From contig JAOZFG010000004.1 of the NCBI GenBank assembly GCA_027491435.1, positions 96,001 through 160,000 of the forward strand: a stretch of DNA of 64,000 bases, written 5' to 3'. Below, one piece after another: positions 27,057 to 36,660 of the stretch (position 1 is its first letter; the number at the start of each line of letters is the position of its first letter). The notes under the pieces are model-generated. The model was not told where the DNA came from. It saw nothing but the letters and a program-made list of their open reading frames with translations, and did not search any database. The position numbers were made by a program, and so were the translations under genes. This DNA comes from Thermoproteota archaeon. Lineage in GTDB: Archaea > Korarchaeota > Korarchaeia > Korarchaeales > Korarchaeaceae.

Positions 27057-27683
27057 ATGAGCTTTAGGTCGGTAGGGAGGGTCCTCCCTACCAAAGGTTT
27101 TCTTATAAGGCTTAGGGAGAGGACCCAGCTGCTGAAGAGTGGCGTGGAAGCTCTTAAGATGAAGAGAGATCAACTGGTCAGAGAGAGCCAGGAACTGTTA
27201 GAGTTCCTAAAGACTAGGTCGGAAGTTGAGAAGAAGCTCGAAGAGGCCTATCGAATGCTAAAACTAGCTTACACAGCGGCAGGCCCCACAGAGATGAGAA
27301 AGGCAGCCCTTTTAACTATGCCTTTGCTGACGGAGGTCAAGGTTAGAAGCGTAATAGGCGTAGAGGTTCCAGAGATAGAGTTCAAGGAGTTTCACCTAGC
27401 CGCATCGCCCTCACTGGAAGCCGTGGTAATAGCCGCTGCTAGGAAGTTCGCTGAGGCGGTAAATGAGCTATTACCCCTAATAAATGCTGAGGCCAAGTTT
27501 GAGAGGATAGCTGAGTCGCTGGCTGATACCATGAGGAAAGTCAACGCGTTGGAGAAGATAATAATACCCGATCACGAGGCGGCCATCAAGTACATAGAGG
27601 AGGCCTTAGAGGAAGACATGCTCGAAGAGTTTCTGAGGGTTAAGAAGTATAGAGATATAAAGAGGAGGGAGGAACTTGGTTAA
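27057..27683 (+). CDS. atpD: A/V-type ATP synthase subunit D
   Basis: PTK..L, LKMKRD.L, RKVNALEKIIIP. Confidence 0.92.
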   Translation: MSFRSVGRVLPTKGFLIRLRERTQLLKSGVEALKMKRDQLVRESQELLEFLKTRSEVEKKLEEAYRMLKLAYTAAGPTEMRKAALLTMPLLTEVKVRSVIGVEVPEIEFKEFHLAASPSLEAVVIAAARKFAEAVNELLPLINAEAKFERIAESLADTMRKVNALEKIIIPDHEAAIKYIEEALEEDMLEEFLRVKKYRDIKRREELG

Positions 27684-28734
27684 GGCCAAGGTAAGATATC
27701 TGGCAGTCAGGACTCATGGACTCTACTCGCACCTCCTAGATCTGGATGAAATGAGGTCTTGGGCCCTAATAGACAGCGACGAAGAGCTGTTCAATAGAAT
27801 GACTAACACGGATTATGGGGCCTTCTTTGAGGGACCCCAAGACTTGTCTAACGTTTCAAAAGTGGAGGAGGCCATATACCGTTCCCTTTCAGTTAGGTTT
27901 AGAAGGCTGCTATCCCTGGCCAGGGGCACTAAGATGGAACTGCTCCTGAGGAACTTCCTCAGCAAATACGACATAGAGAACTTGAGGAGGATAGTCTTCT
28001 CCCTAACCTATGGTAGAACCCCGGAGGAGCTCTACCTAATACCTATAGGGGGATTTAAGCTGGACATAGGTAAGCTGTCGAAGACGACTAAGGTAGAACA
28101 CCTGGTGGACCTGTTGGAGGACAGAGGGCTGGCTAAAATAATTCAGGGCTGGTATGCCAGCGAGTACAGGGAACCTTACAGGTTAGACCTAAGCCTCGAC
28201 TCGTACTACGTAAGAACGCTGTTGTCTATGTTGGAGGGCATTAGAAAGTCAGTAGTTAAGAAAAGAAGTCCAGCCGGTCAGTTAATACTGTCTTACGCCG
28301 AGAGCTACATTATGAGAAGCGCGTTGAAGGCCCTTTACTTAGACATAAAGGGTGACGAGGTAACCAGCATTTATGGGAAGCTTCCGTTTAAGAGATTAAT
28401 GAACGTGATTAATTCTTCCTCAAACATAAATGAATTGCTGGATAACCTGCTAAAAATTGAACCATATAAGCCTTATGCCTATGAGATAATGGAGGCCATG
28501 AAGGAAGTTGGAGAGCCTTGGGTGATCGAGCACACTATACAGAAGAAGATATACTTAGAATCCCTTAGAATTTCACTTAAACGGCCAGTGAGTGAAGCAT
28601 ACATTCTAAAATACCTCAACGCAACTGAGTGGGAGGCTCAGAACGTAAAGACGATATTGCTGGGGAGAATAAGCAAGATATCAAGGGATACCCTGTATAA
28701 GCTGTTGGAGCTTCCCACTACAACATCTTTCTAG
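27676..28734 (+). CDS. atpC: A/V-type ATP synthase subunit C (d)
   Basis: TDYG, KYDIENL, LDSYY, EWEAQNVKTILLG pattern; position in the cluster. Confidence 0.75.
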   Translation: MVKAKVRYLAVRTHGLYSHLLDLDEMRSWALIDSDEELFNRMTNTDYGAFFEGPQDLSNVSKVEEAIYRSLSVRFRRLLSLARGTKMELLLRNFLSKYDIENLRRIVFSLTYGRTPEELYLIPIGGFKLDIGKLSKTTKVEHLVDLLEDRGLAKIIQGWYASEYREPYRLDLSLDSYYVRTLLSMLEGIRKSVVKKRSPAGQLILSYAESYIMRSALKALYLDIKGDEVTSIYGKLPFKRLMNVINSSSNINELLDNLLKIEPYKPYAYEIMEAMKEVGEPWVIEHTIQKKIYLESLRISLKRPVSEAYILKYLNATEWEAQNVKTILLGRISKISRDTLYKLLELPTTTSF

Positions 28735-28809
28735 AAACCCCTTCCCCATTATTTACTTCAAAAGAAAGTACAAACTAAGTCTAAGTGTAAAGCGACAGGG
28801 TTCTTTCCT

Positions 28810-29124
28810 CTATGCGGACGCCGTGGCGGTGCCTAACTCAGTTAACTCATATACTCCTGCACTCACCTTCTTTATCAATCCCTTCCTGACCAAAAATCTG
28901 ACCTTTCCAGCCACCTTCTGTGTACTCATTTTGGCTTTTTCAGCTACTTCTTTTATCCTAGCTGGCGACCCTAGGTCCAAGAAGGCCTTAAGTATAGTTT
29001 TTGTGTCAGGATCTACCTCTATCGGCTTAACAGTGGGTTCGACGGTAGCCTTTTTGCTAGCCTTTCTACCGGAAGTCCTCTTACCCTTAGAGGATGTCTT
29101 CTTACTGCCCTTCTTACATGGCAT
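28810..29124 (-). CDS. Small winged-helix DNA-binding protein with Lys/Arg/Ser/Thr-rich N-terminal tail
   Basis: ILKAFLDLGSPARIKEVAEKAKMSTQKVAGKVRFLVRKGLIKKVSAGVYELTELG is a wHTH; GGTGA RBS before ATG 29124. Confidence 0.8.
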   Translation of the reverse strand: MPCKKGSKKTSSKGKRTSGRKASKKATVEPTVKPIEVDPDTKTILKAFLDLGSPARIKEVAEKAKMSTQKVAGKVRFLVRKGLIKKVSAGVYELTELGTATASA

Positions 29125-29159
29125 AATGTCACCTACGGATACTAGCTTACCCATAAATT

Positions 29160-29620
29160 ATAAACGTAACTAGGGGCTCTAATGGCCTACTATTATCTCG
29201 TTATATGCAAAATTAAGCCTTTAAGCTGATAAAATAATTAATAGATTAACGTATATTATATAAAATAAATTTGGTTAATCTCCAATCCATTTATTAGTTT
29301 GTCACTTAATGGATCATATCCTAGGATTGAGAGTTATAGAGGGATATCTGACCGTCATTTTCAACATTAAATCTAATTGGGAGTTATCTTTGGATTTATT
29401 ATTAAATTGGATAAATTATCAAAATATTATTTATTATAGTGGGATATATTTAAGAAGATTTCAGAAAAATGTTAGCGAGCCCTAAACGTCAAGCTATTGA
29501 ATAATCCTGTGGTTCAGTTAATAACCAATCATCGTTTCCGCCTGACTAAAGCCGTTAAGCTTCTGATTCGTCAATTGTTGAATCACGCCTATAAAATAAT
29601 ATGTCTACGAGTACCTAGGA
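29160..29620. promoter_or_regulatory. AT-rich divergent promoter region
   Basis: No convincing ORF; 9 G+C in 60 nt at 29221-29280; TATAAAA about 40 nt upstream of 29630. Confidence 0.5.
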
Positions 29621-29629
29621 GGTGGCGAG

Positions 29630-29884
29630 ATGGTTCGAGTTATCGATTGGAACAATTTCCCCGATGTCCCCCCCGGGTTTAAGGAGGTAGATGTGGTTGA
29701 GGTTAAGAGAGTTTATGACTACGAATTACCTCCCTTGGTCGTCTACGTAGGTGTGGCCGTTACTAATGAGGGCGAAGAGATTCCAGCTATAGCTGTCGTC
29801 GAAGAAGGCAACAACTACGCTAAGCTTTACCTGTTAATAGATAAGGAAACCGAGGCCGAGGAGCTCATATCAGCCTTTGCTTAA
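29630..29884 (+). CDS. Small acidic hypothetical protein (84 aa)
   Basis: Strong RBS AGGAGGTG; 17 D/E versus 6 K/R; followed by a T-run. Confidence 0.75.
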   Translation: MVRVIDWNNFPDVPPGFKEVDVVEVKRVYDYELPPLVVYVGVAVTNEGEEIPAIAVVEEGNNYAKLYLLIDKETEAEELISAFA

Positions 29885-29942
29885 GCCTGGCTTAGGAGTT
29901 ACTTTTTTCTTATTTTCAATCACTCACTCTCGGTGATCGGGT

Positions 29943-31874
29943 TTGATTAGGCGTATCACTGTTTTAGGAGCCGGTACCATGGGTCATGGTATAGCTCAAG
30001 TTGCTGCCATGGCCGGTTACGAGGTTATAATGAGGGACATCGAGGAGAAGTTTATCGAGTCAGGCTACAACAGGATAAAGAAGAGCCTAGAAAAGTTAGT
30101 GAAGAAGGGAAAGATAACTAGAGAGGAAGCAGATCTCATCCTGAAGAGGATAAAGAAGACCACTAACTTAGAGGAGGCAGTCAAGCAAGCGGACTTCGTA
30201 ATAGAGGCTGTCCCCGAGGTGTTCGAGATAAAGGCCGAGGTCTTTAAGGCTGTTGATGAGCTGGCTCCCCCTCACGCTATAATAGCTACTAACACAAGCA
30301 GCTTACCAATATCCGAGCTGGCAGAGGCTACTAATCGACCAGATAAATTCGTTGGAATGCATTTCTTCAATCCTCCTCAAATAATGAAGCTAGTGGAGGT
30401 TGTTAGGGGCAATAAAACGTCAGAGCAGACGGTCAACACGACTTTGGAGCTGGCAAAGTCCATGAAGAAAGAACCTGTTGTGGTGAACAAGGACGTCCCC
30501 GGCTTCATAGTCAACAGGGTGCTAGTGAGATGGCTCAATGAGGCCTGCCTAATAGTCGAAAGGGGAGAATCGGACATTTTGACGGTTGACTCTTCCCTTA
30601 AATATGTAGCAGAGTTGCCTATGGGGGCGTTTGAGTTATCCGACTTCATAGGAATCGACGTCATGAGGGACATAATAAGGGCCATGGTAAAGAGAGGTTT
30701 CAAGTTAACTCCCTGCAAGTCCTGGGATAAGCTAGTTGAGGAAGGGAAGCTGGGCGCAAAGTCCAGTTTAGGCTTCTACGATTGGTCTTCAGGTAGGCCC
30801 AACATACCTAAGGAACTCTCCACTAAGTTCGATCCCAAGCAAGTGCTCGCTATGGCGGTCAACGAGGGAGCTTGGTTGGTCAGGGAAGGAGTGGCTTCAA
30901 CGGAGGACGTGGATAAGGCTGTCATCTTAGGATTAAACTTCCCCAAGGGGGTGCTCTCCATGGGGGATGAATGGGGACTGGACGTCGTCAAATCGATAAT
31001 AGAGGGGAAGAGATCTAGGTACGGCCTGCCTGAGTATGAGGTAGACCCTCTTATTGAGGAACTGGTCTCAAAGGGGTTCTTGGGGGTTAAGTCTGGCAAG
31101 GGGTTTCATGACTACGGGTTAAGGGAGGAGGACCTGAACCAGGTCAAGTATAAGGCAACCCCTCCTATAGCGTGGATTATCCTGAACAGGCCTGATAAGC
31201 TGAACGCACTTGACATGGAGTTATTAAATTCGCTAAGGAAAGCCCTGGATATGGCGTTAGATGATGAGATAAAAGTGGTGGTGATAACCGGTTCAGGGAA
31301 GGCCTTCTCAGCGGGAGCTGACGTCTCAATGTTCAAAGGCCTATCCCCCATCGACGCCTATCGACTATCTAGGGAGTTGAACGAGTTCTTCGACGAGCTG
31401 GAGAGGTATCCTAAGCCTACCATAGCCTCTATAAACGGGTTCGCTTTGGGTGGAGGTTTAGAGCTAGCGATGGCGTGTGATTTGAGGGTTGCTAGCGACA
31501 GGGCTCAACTGGGTCAACCTGAAATAACTCTAGGTATAATCACAGGAGCCGGCGGATCTAAGAGGCTTCCGAAGCTTGTAGGGTTAGCCAAAGCCAAGGA
31601 ACTGCTCTTTACAGGGGACATAATATCAGCTGACGAGGCGGAGAAGATAGGGCTGGTCAACAGAGTTGTCCCACACGAGAAGTTGGAGGAGGAGGTCAGG
31701 TCCTTGGCCCTTAAAATAGCGTCAATGCCGTCTAATTCGATTAGGCTCTATAAATCGATATTAAACGGGGAGCAAGAGCCCCTAGCCTTCGGATTGGTGT
31801 TCTCAACAGAGGATTCAAAGGAGGGGATTAACGCTTTCCTCGAAAAAAGGAGGCCGAAGTTTTCCGGAAAATAA
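29943..31874 (+). CDS. 3-hydroxyacyl-CoA dehydrogenase / enoyl-CoA hydratase fusion
   Basis: GAGTMGHGIA, EAVPE, NTSSL, GMHFFNP, GFIVNR; C-terminal LNRPDKLNAL, FSAGAD, GGGLELA, GQPE crotonase motifs. Confidence 0.95.
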   Translation: MIRRITVLGAGTMGHGIAQVAAMAGYEVIMRDIEEKFIESGYNRIKKSLEKLVKKGKITREEADLILKRIKKTTNLEEAVKQADFVIEAVPEVFEIKAEVFKAVDELAPPHAIIATNTSSLPISELAEATNRPDKFVGMHFFNPPQIMKLVEVVRGNKTSEQTVNTTLELAKSMKKEPVVVNKDVPGFIVNRVLVRWLNEACLIVERGESDILTVDSSLKYVAELPMGAFELSDFIGIDVMRDIIRAMVKRGFKLTPCKSWDKLVEEGKLGAKSSLGFYDWSSGRPNIPKELSTKFDPKQVLAMAVNEGAWLVREGVASTEDVDKAVILGLNFPKGVLSMGDEWGLDVVKSIIEGKRSRYGLPEYEVDPLIEELVSKGFLGVKSGKGFHDYGLREEDLNQVKYKATPPIAWIILNRPDKLNALDMELLNSLRKALDMALDDEIKVVVITGSGKAFSAGADVSMFKGLSPIDAYRLSRELNEFFDELERYPKPTIASINGFALGGGLELAMACDLRVASDRAQLGQPEITLGIITGAGGSKRLPKLVGLAKAKELLFTGDIISADEAEKIGLVNRVVPHEKLEEEVRSLALKIASMPSNSIRLYKSILNGEQEPLAFGLVFSTEDSKEGINAFLEKRRPKFSGK

Positions 31875-31884
31875 CTCCTCTTTT

Positions 31885-32091
31885 TTAAACTTGAACTATG
31901 AAAATGTCCTTGCACGCCCTGACGGCATCATAGGGTATGGTCTTCTTCTCGCCGCCCCTACCGGTGGTTATCACCAGCGCAGCAAGTTTGCCCTCAACGT
32001 CATCGAAGATGAAGTCGTCAGTTATACCTAGATAGAGACCATCTATGGTGTAAACCTGCATGTCGTAAAGCTCGGATATCTTCCTGGCCAT
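31885..32091 (-). CDS. Stand-alone PRC-barrel protein
   Basis: SELYDMQVYTIDGLYLG.TDD...D...GKL...IPYDAVRACKDIFIV matches the PRC-barrel consensus. Confidence 0.85.
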   Translation of the reverse strand: MARKISELYDMQVYTIDGLYLGITDDFIFDDVEGKLAALVITTGRGGEKKTIPYDAVRACKDIFIVQV

Positions 32092-32095
32092 AAGA

Positions 32096-32806
32096 TCACC
32101 CCAGTATAATCCTAGCGTCTACCACCTTAATGCCATCGGGATACGCTATGACCGGATTTAAATCCATCTCAGCTATCTCCGAATTTTCAACTCCGATGTC
32201 CCCCACCCTAACTATAGCCCTTTTGAGTGATTCCAAGTCCACCGGCTCAGAGCCCCTGTACCCCAGCAACAGCTTGTAGCCCTTTATCTCCCTAAGCATC
32301 CCTTCAGCGTCTTCCTCAGTCAAGGGAGCAACCCTGAACGAGACGTCTTCAAAAACCTCTACAAAGATCCCGCCTAACCCGAACATGACAGTAGGTCCAA
32401 ACTGAGGATCCCTCGTCAACCCAATTATCAGCTCAAGTCCTGGCGGGGCGAATTCTTGAACCAGAATCCCGACTATCTCAGCTTCAGGAACTTTACTCCT
32501 AACGTTCTCCAGTATCTCCCTGTAAGCCTTTCGAACTTCCTCTTCGTTTTTCAGGTTGACGATTACCCCGCCAACGTCGCTCTTGTGAATTACCTGGGGA
32601 GAGACTATTTTGAGCACCACGGGGTAGCCTATCTCTTCAGCCGCCTGAACGGCCTCCTCCTCACTCTTAGAGAGCTTAACCTTGGTCACGGGAATTCCGT
32701 ATAGAGAAATAAGCTCTTTAGACTCGTGTTCTAGCAGAAATTTCCTACCTTCCCTCCTGGCACTCTCTAGAATCTCCCTAGGGCTTACCAAAACAGTCAC
32801 CCCCAT
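32096..32806 (-). CDS. ADP-forming acyl-CoA synthetase beta subunit (ATP-grasp)
   Basis: GYPVVLKIVSP..HKSDVGGV, DPQFGP.VMFGLGGIFVE, MDLNP, VDAR. Confidence 0.92.
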   Translation of the reverse strand: MGVTVLVSPREILESARREGRKFLLEHESKELISLYGIPVTKVKLSKSEEEAVQAAEEIGYPVVLKIVSPQVIHKSDVGGVIVNLKNEEEVRKAYREILENVRSKVPEAEIVGILVQEFAPPGLELIIGLTRDPQFGPTVMFGLGGIFVEVFEDVSFRVAPLTEEDAEGMLREIKGYKLLLGYRGSEPVDLESLKRAIVRVGDIGVENSEIAEMDLNPVIAYPDGIKVVDARIILG

Positions 32807-32831
32807 TCACTGAAGGAACCTCTAAAAAGGT

Positions 32832-34109
32832 TTACCTGAAGCTCCTCCTCAACCTCTTAAGCTTAAGTATTGTCTTTGAGATCCTCCTTGGCCTGGTTTT
32901 CTTAATTTCTCTCGGCTCTTCTTTTTCAGTTTCCTCCTTCTCAGGCTGCTCCTTCATCTCTAGGTTTTCCTTTGGTACGAAGTACCTGCCAGCTGGGTCC
33001 TTCTCCAATAACCCCATGACGACTAGGGCTTCTAGCCTGGAGTAGGCTTGAGCTAAAGGAACTTCCGACTCAACGGCAACCTTCTCTAAGGTTACCGGAC
33101 CTCCGCCGAAGACCCTCAGTATTATGTCAAGTTCCCTTCTCATCTTTGGAGGGGCCCTCCTCACGTAATCTATTATCTCCCTCTCAGAATCTATGACCTT
33201 GTCGAACACGTAAGCATCTATTCTTGACCTGCCCAGTATCAGAGACACCTCGAGAGTCTTCGACAGTATCTCTAGCAGCCTCGATGGGTTTCCTTCGGCT
33301 AGGTGATTGGCGGACACGACGACCTCCTCATCAAAGGGGTCGAGAGGAGTCCTAGGCTCGGTTACCCTGAACTTGGACAACCTCTTGGAAACTAGGCTTA
33401 TGGCCTCCTCGTCAGAGAGAGGGGGGATAGATACCCTCTCATGAACCCTAGAGGTTAGAGCCGGAAACTTCTTGTCTATCTCCTCGTAGGCCTCGTCGCT
33501 CATGGAAAGAACTACCAGTATGCCCTCAGGCATCAAAGAGACTATCTCCCTAATCATCTCGAAGAAAAAGAAGGACCATCTATCGTCGGCGTAAAGCATG
33601 TTGTGAACGTCGTCCAACAGCAAGGCGGACGGAATCATTGACTCTAGGGATTTCATTATCATCCTGCCTGCCTCAGAAGGAGATGTTTTCAGCTGGTAGA
33701 GCTCCTCATCAGTTAGCACGTCAGGCATCCCAAGGAGGACCTTTTTGAGGACCTTGGATATCCTCCTGGATCTACTGTATGACGTCATAAGTAGGTCGTC
33801 GATTATGTCAGGCCCCTCAACCACCGAGACCTCTTGAAAAATGGAGTCCAGGTTAGCCTTATCATAAGAGTAGTTCAACATGTTGAGCCTGATGGTCCTC
33901 CCCGACCCAGGAGGGCCCGTGATAACCACGAAAGCTGAGGCAACTCCAGACATGGCCTCAGCTGCCAACGAATCTAGTATGTCGTCCACCCACTGCTTTG
34001 TGAATATCGCTGTAGGATCCTCAAGTTCTATGATAGATGTCCTCAGGAAAGGATTCCTGTAAAGCCCTAGTAGCCTAGCATAATCCCTGGCCCCAGCTGA
34101 GCTCCTCAA
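32832..34109 (-). CDS. AAA+ fold protein with C-terminal wHTH and deviant Walker motifs
   Basis: GPPGSGRT, LLLDDVH, PALTSR, GNPS lid; HTH TLEKVA...AYSRLEALVVMGLL; very basic tail. Confidence 0.7.
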   Translation of the reverse strand: MRSSAGARDYARLLGLYRNPFLRTSIIELEDPTAIFTKQWVDDILDSLAAEAMSGVASAFVVITGPPGSGRTIRLNMLNYSYDKANLDSIFQEVSVVEGPDIIDDLLMTSYSRSRRISKVLKKVLLGMPDVLTDEELYQLKTSPSEAGRMIMKSLESMIPSALLLDDVHNMLYADDRWSFFFFEMIREIVSLMPEGILVVLSMSDEAYEEIDKKFPALTSRVHERVSIPPLSDEEAISLVSKRLSKFRVTEPRTPLDPFDEEVVVSANHLAEGNPSRLLEILSKTLEVSLILGRSRIDAYVFDKVIDSEREIIDYVRRAPPKMRRELDIILRVFGGGPVTLEKVAVESEVPLAQAYSRLEALVVMGLLEKDPAGRYFVPKENLEMKEQPEKEETEKEEPREIKKTRPRRISKTILKLKRLRRSFR

Positions 34110-34214
34110 TTAGCATTCCACCCAATGTTCTGACCTTTCCTGTCCATTAAAAAGGTTAGCCCGCTTTAGGTGTTCAACGCAAAACCTGACGTCGAATAAA
34201 GGGAAGAGGGGGGT

Positions 34215-36134
34215 TCAGTAGTAGTACCAAATGGTCCAATATTCGTCTATGTTTTCTCCCCTCTCTTTTAACCTCATCAGGTAGTCATATATGGGAACGT
34301 CCACGTAAGGCCACGGGTTCACGGGGGCTATTCCCTTCTCCCACGGGTGCCACACGTATATCCTGCTTCCAGTCTTAGGCATTATGGCTATGAGTTCTCT
34401 GTCCTGCCAAGCCCTTATGTGGTTCTTGCCCAGGGCGGGAACGTTAAACACGGGCTCATCGGTTCTGAACTGGCCTGGAAGTAGTCTGGCCTCCTCCTTT
34501 CTCTCCTGAGCTATCCTAGCTATGGGCACCAGGTAGTCCTTCTGTTCGAACTTACCCTTCGGGTAGAAGTTGTAGTACGGGTCGACTCCTATCATCTTCA
34601 TGCCTATCCTGGCTAACACGTACTGAAACCTCCTTGAAGTCTCGAAGTGGTACACCTGCTGGTTGTATACGTATATCCCGTGCTCCTTGAGGGTCTTGAC
34701 AGCCTGGGCCATGTAGGGGGTTATCTCCTCAGCGCTCTCTATGTGAGTAACAAACGATATATTCCTCTTGCCGGGCTCTATGAAGCTGGAGAGCATCTCA
34801 GCATACTCATTGTTTATCCTCATAGGGACAGTCACCACGATCCTGCTTCCTATCCTGATCTCCCTTATGTGGTCGATCTCGGAGAGCTTGCTCAGTATGT
34901 ACTCCATGTACTTGTTGTTGAGTATTGCAGGATCTCCTCCTGTGAGGAGGACGTCGATCAGGGAGTCATGCTGGGCGAACCACTCAATGGCCTTCTCGAC
35001 CAGTTTGGGAGAGGGTATTCCAACGGGGCTCATGGCTTCCTCTATCTCCCAATTCCTCTGACAGTACACGCAGATCTGCGGACAGGTGTCAGCTACCTTT
35101 ATTATAGCTACCATCGGGTACCTCCTGGTCACCAGCTCAAGCGGAGAGGTGTCGTGCTCCTTCATGAAGTCGAAGACGTAGTCCCTATTCTGCCTATTCC
35201 TTATCATCTGCTCCAGGTAGTAGGAGGACGGAATCACTTGAGCCCTTACCTGGGGGTCCCTCTTCCTGTCCGCCCTGGTGAAGTCAAACAGGTGCAGGTA
35301 GTAGGGGGTTATCCCGAAAGGTATCCTGTTCTCTATCGCAGTCCTCATGTTCCTTACATCCTCTTCAGTCAGAGGAACCAGCTCCTTCAACATGTCGACG
35401 TGGTGGAGTCTCTTGAATACGTTCTTGAAGTGCCACTTGTAGTCATACCAGTCATCCTCGGTGGCGCCCAAGTAGTCCAGTATCTTCTTCTTGTTTTGCT
35501 CTCTCTCCTCAATGACCTTCGGATCCAGCCCGAAGGTGTACCTGCTGGTGAACTGATTGATAACCTTGCCCAACTCGTCAAGGTACTCAGACCTAATTAA
35601 GGCCGCCTGTCTCCCCTCGCTCTTCTGGAAGAGCTCCACTAGCTTGGTCTTCTCGCCAAGGATGTCGTGGAGCCACCCCTTGGAGTACTCTGCGGTCCCG
35701 TGGATAGCCTTAAATAAGTGCTTGAACTCCATTATAAAGCCCATTCCAACTTCATTAAGGACTTCGGGATCCTCCTTGGCTATCCTATAAAGGTACTCGA
35801 GCGTGCTGAAGGTGGCTATCTTCTCATTCTCAGGTGAGATAATGTTTTTAAATACTCTGATGGCCTCTAATGCCAGGGCATAATCTAACCTATGTACCTT
35901 TATCCTGCCCTCCCTGAATGACCACTCCAGGTCGTTTAGGTACTGGTAGAGGCGTTTCCTGGCCTCCTCTAGGTCTCCGCTCTCCCGGAGTAGCTTGTAA
36001 ATCTCCCTCCCTTCCTTCCACATCTCATCTATTGCAGCGATCTTCTCCTGGAGGGGGGCATCCTTCCAGGAGATCTTACCTAGTATATCCACACCGGCCT
36101 CCACTATGGTCTCCAAGGCTCTCACCGGCGTCAT
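34215..36134 (-). CDS. KamA-family (lysine 2,3-aminomutase-like) radical SAM protein, long form
   Basis: GITPYYL, RRYP, CPQICVYCQR (CxxxCxxC), LLTGGDP, IRIGSR, NQQV, DPYY. Confidence 0.88.
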   Translation of the reverse strand: MTPVRALETIVEAGVDILGKISWKDAPLQEKIAAIDEMWKEGREIYKLLRESGDLEEARKRLYQYLNDLEWSFREGRIKVHRLDYALALEAIRVFKNIISPENEKIATFSTLEYLYRIAKEDPEVLNEVGMGFIMEFKHLFKAIHGTAEYSKGWLHDILGEKTKLVELFQKSEGRQAALIRSEYLDELGKVINQFTSRYTFGLDPKVIEEREQNKKKILDYLGATEDDWYDYKWHFKNVFKRLHHVDMLKELVPLTEEDVRNMRTAIENRIPFGITPYYLHLFDFTRADRKRDPQVRAQVIPSSYYLEQMIRNRQNRDYVFDFMKEHDTSPLELVTRRYPMVAIIKVADTCPQICVYCQRNWEIEEAMSPVGIPSPKLVEKAIEWFAQHDSLIDVLLTGGDPAILNNKYMEYILSKLSEIDHIREIRIGSRIVVTVPMRINNEYAEMLSSFIEPGKRNISFVTHIESAEEITPYMAQAVKTLKEHGIYVYNQQVYHFETSRRFQYVLARIGMKMIGVDPYYNFYPKGKFEQKDYLVPIARIAQERKEEARLLPGQFRTDEPVFNVPALGKNHIRAWQDRELIAIMPKTGSRIYVWHPWEKGIAPVNPWPYVDVPIYDYLMRLKERGENIDEYWTIWYYY

Positions 36135-36660
36135 AGAGCCTATAGTTCACACTAATAAAGATTTCTGAGTCGGCCAAGAGCTATTCGTTGTAAAAGGAGT
36201 CCAAAGAAAAGCTTATTAGATACGAAAATAGGGGACACACTAACTCCCAATATTTTTAATTAAACCTTATAGATAGCAGGAGAATGCATAGATTAATTTA
36301 CTTAAATATACAATATCGTTACATCAATATCAGGTAAAATAAGGTTATATCAGCTTAGAGAGTACTATGCACAACTACGATACTTCAATAAAATTGATTT
36401 TAGATAACTCGGAAATTAAAGATGATTAATTTCTATATAAACTAGATATAATCAAATATAATGAGGAAAGCTACTCAATTCTGAGCAGCGTCCCTATTGA
36501 ACTTGTAAAGACTGGAGAAAGGCGATCTCTATTGAACATAACGTGCTTATGATGGCATTACAATTTACAATGAAACTTCTGTCATTTATGTAAGCGATTA
36601 AATCCTAAATAAAATTGGTAAATTGTCAAATTTTAATAAATTACCTTAACTCAAAAAAGT

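Noticed and set aside
29497-29682. 61-aa ORF in the AT-rich gap (also 16155-16343 and 37093-37275)
   Set aside because: No RBS, atypical composition, and overlaps better-supported genes or promoters.
34647-35600. 317-aa plus-strand ORF
   Set aside because: Antisense shadow of the KamA-family gene; no motifs or RBS, and expected from codon bias.
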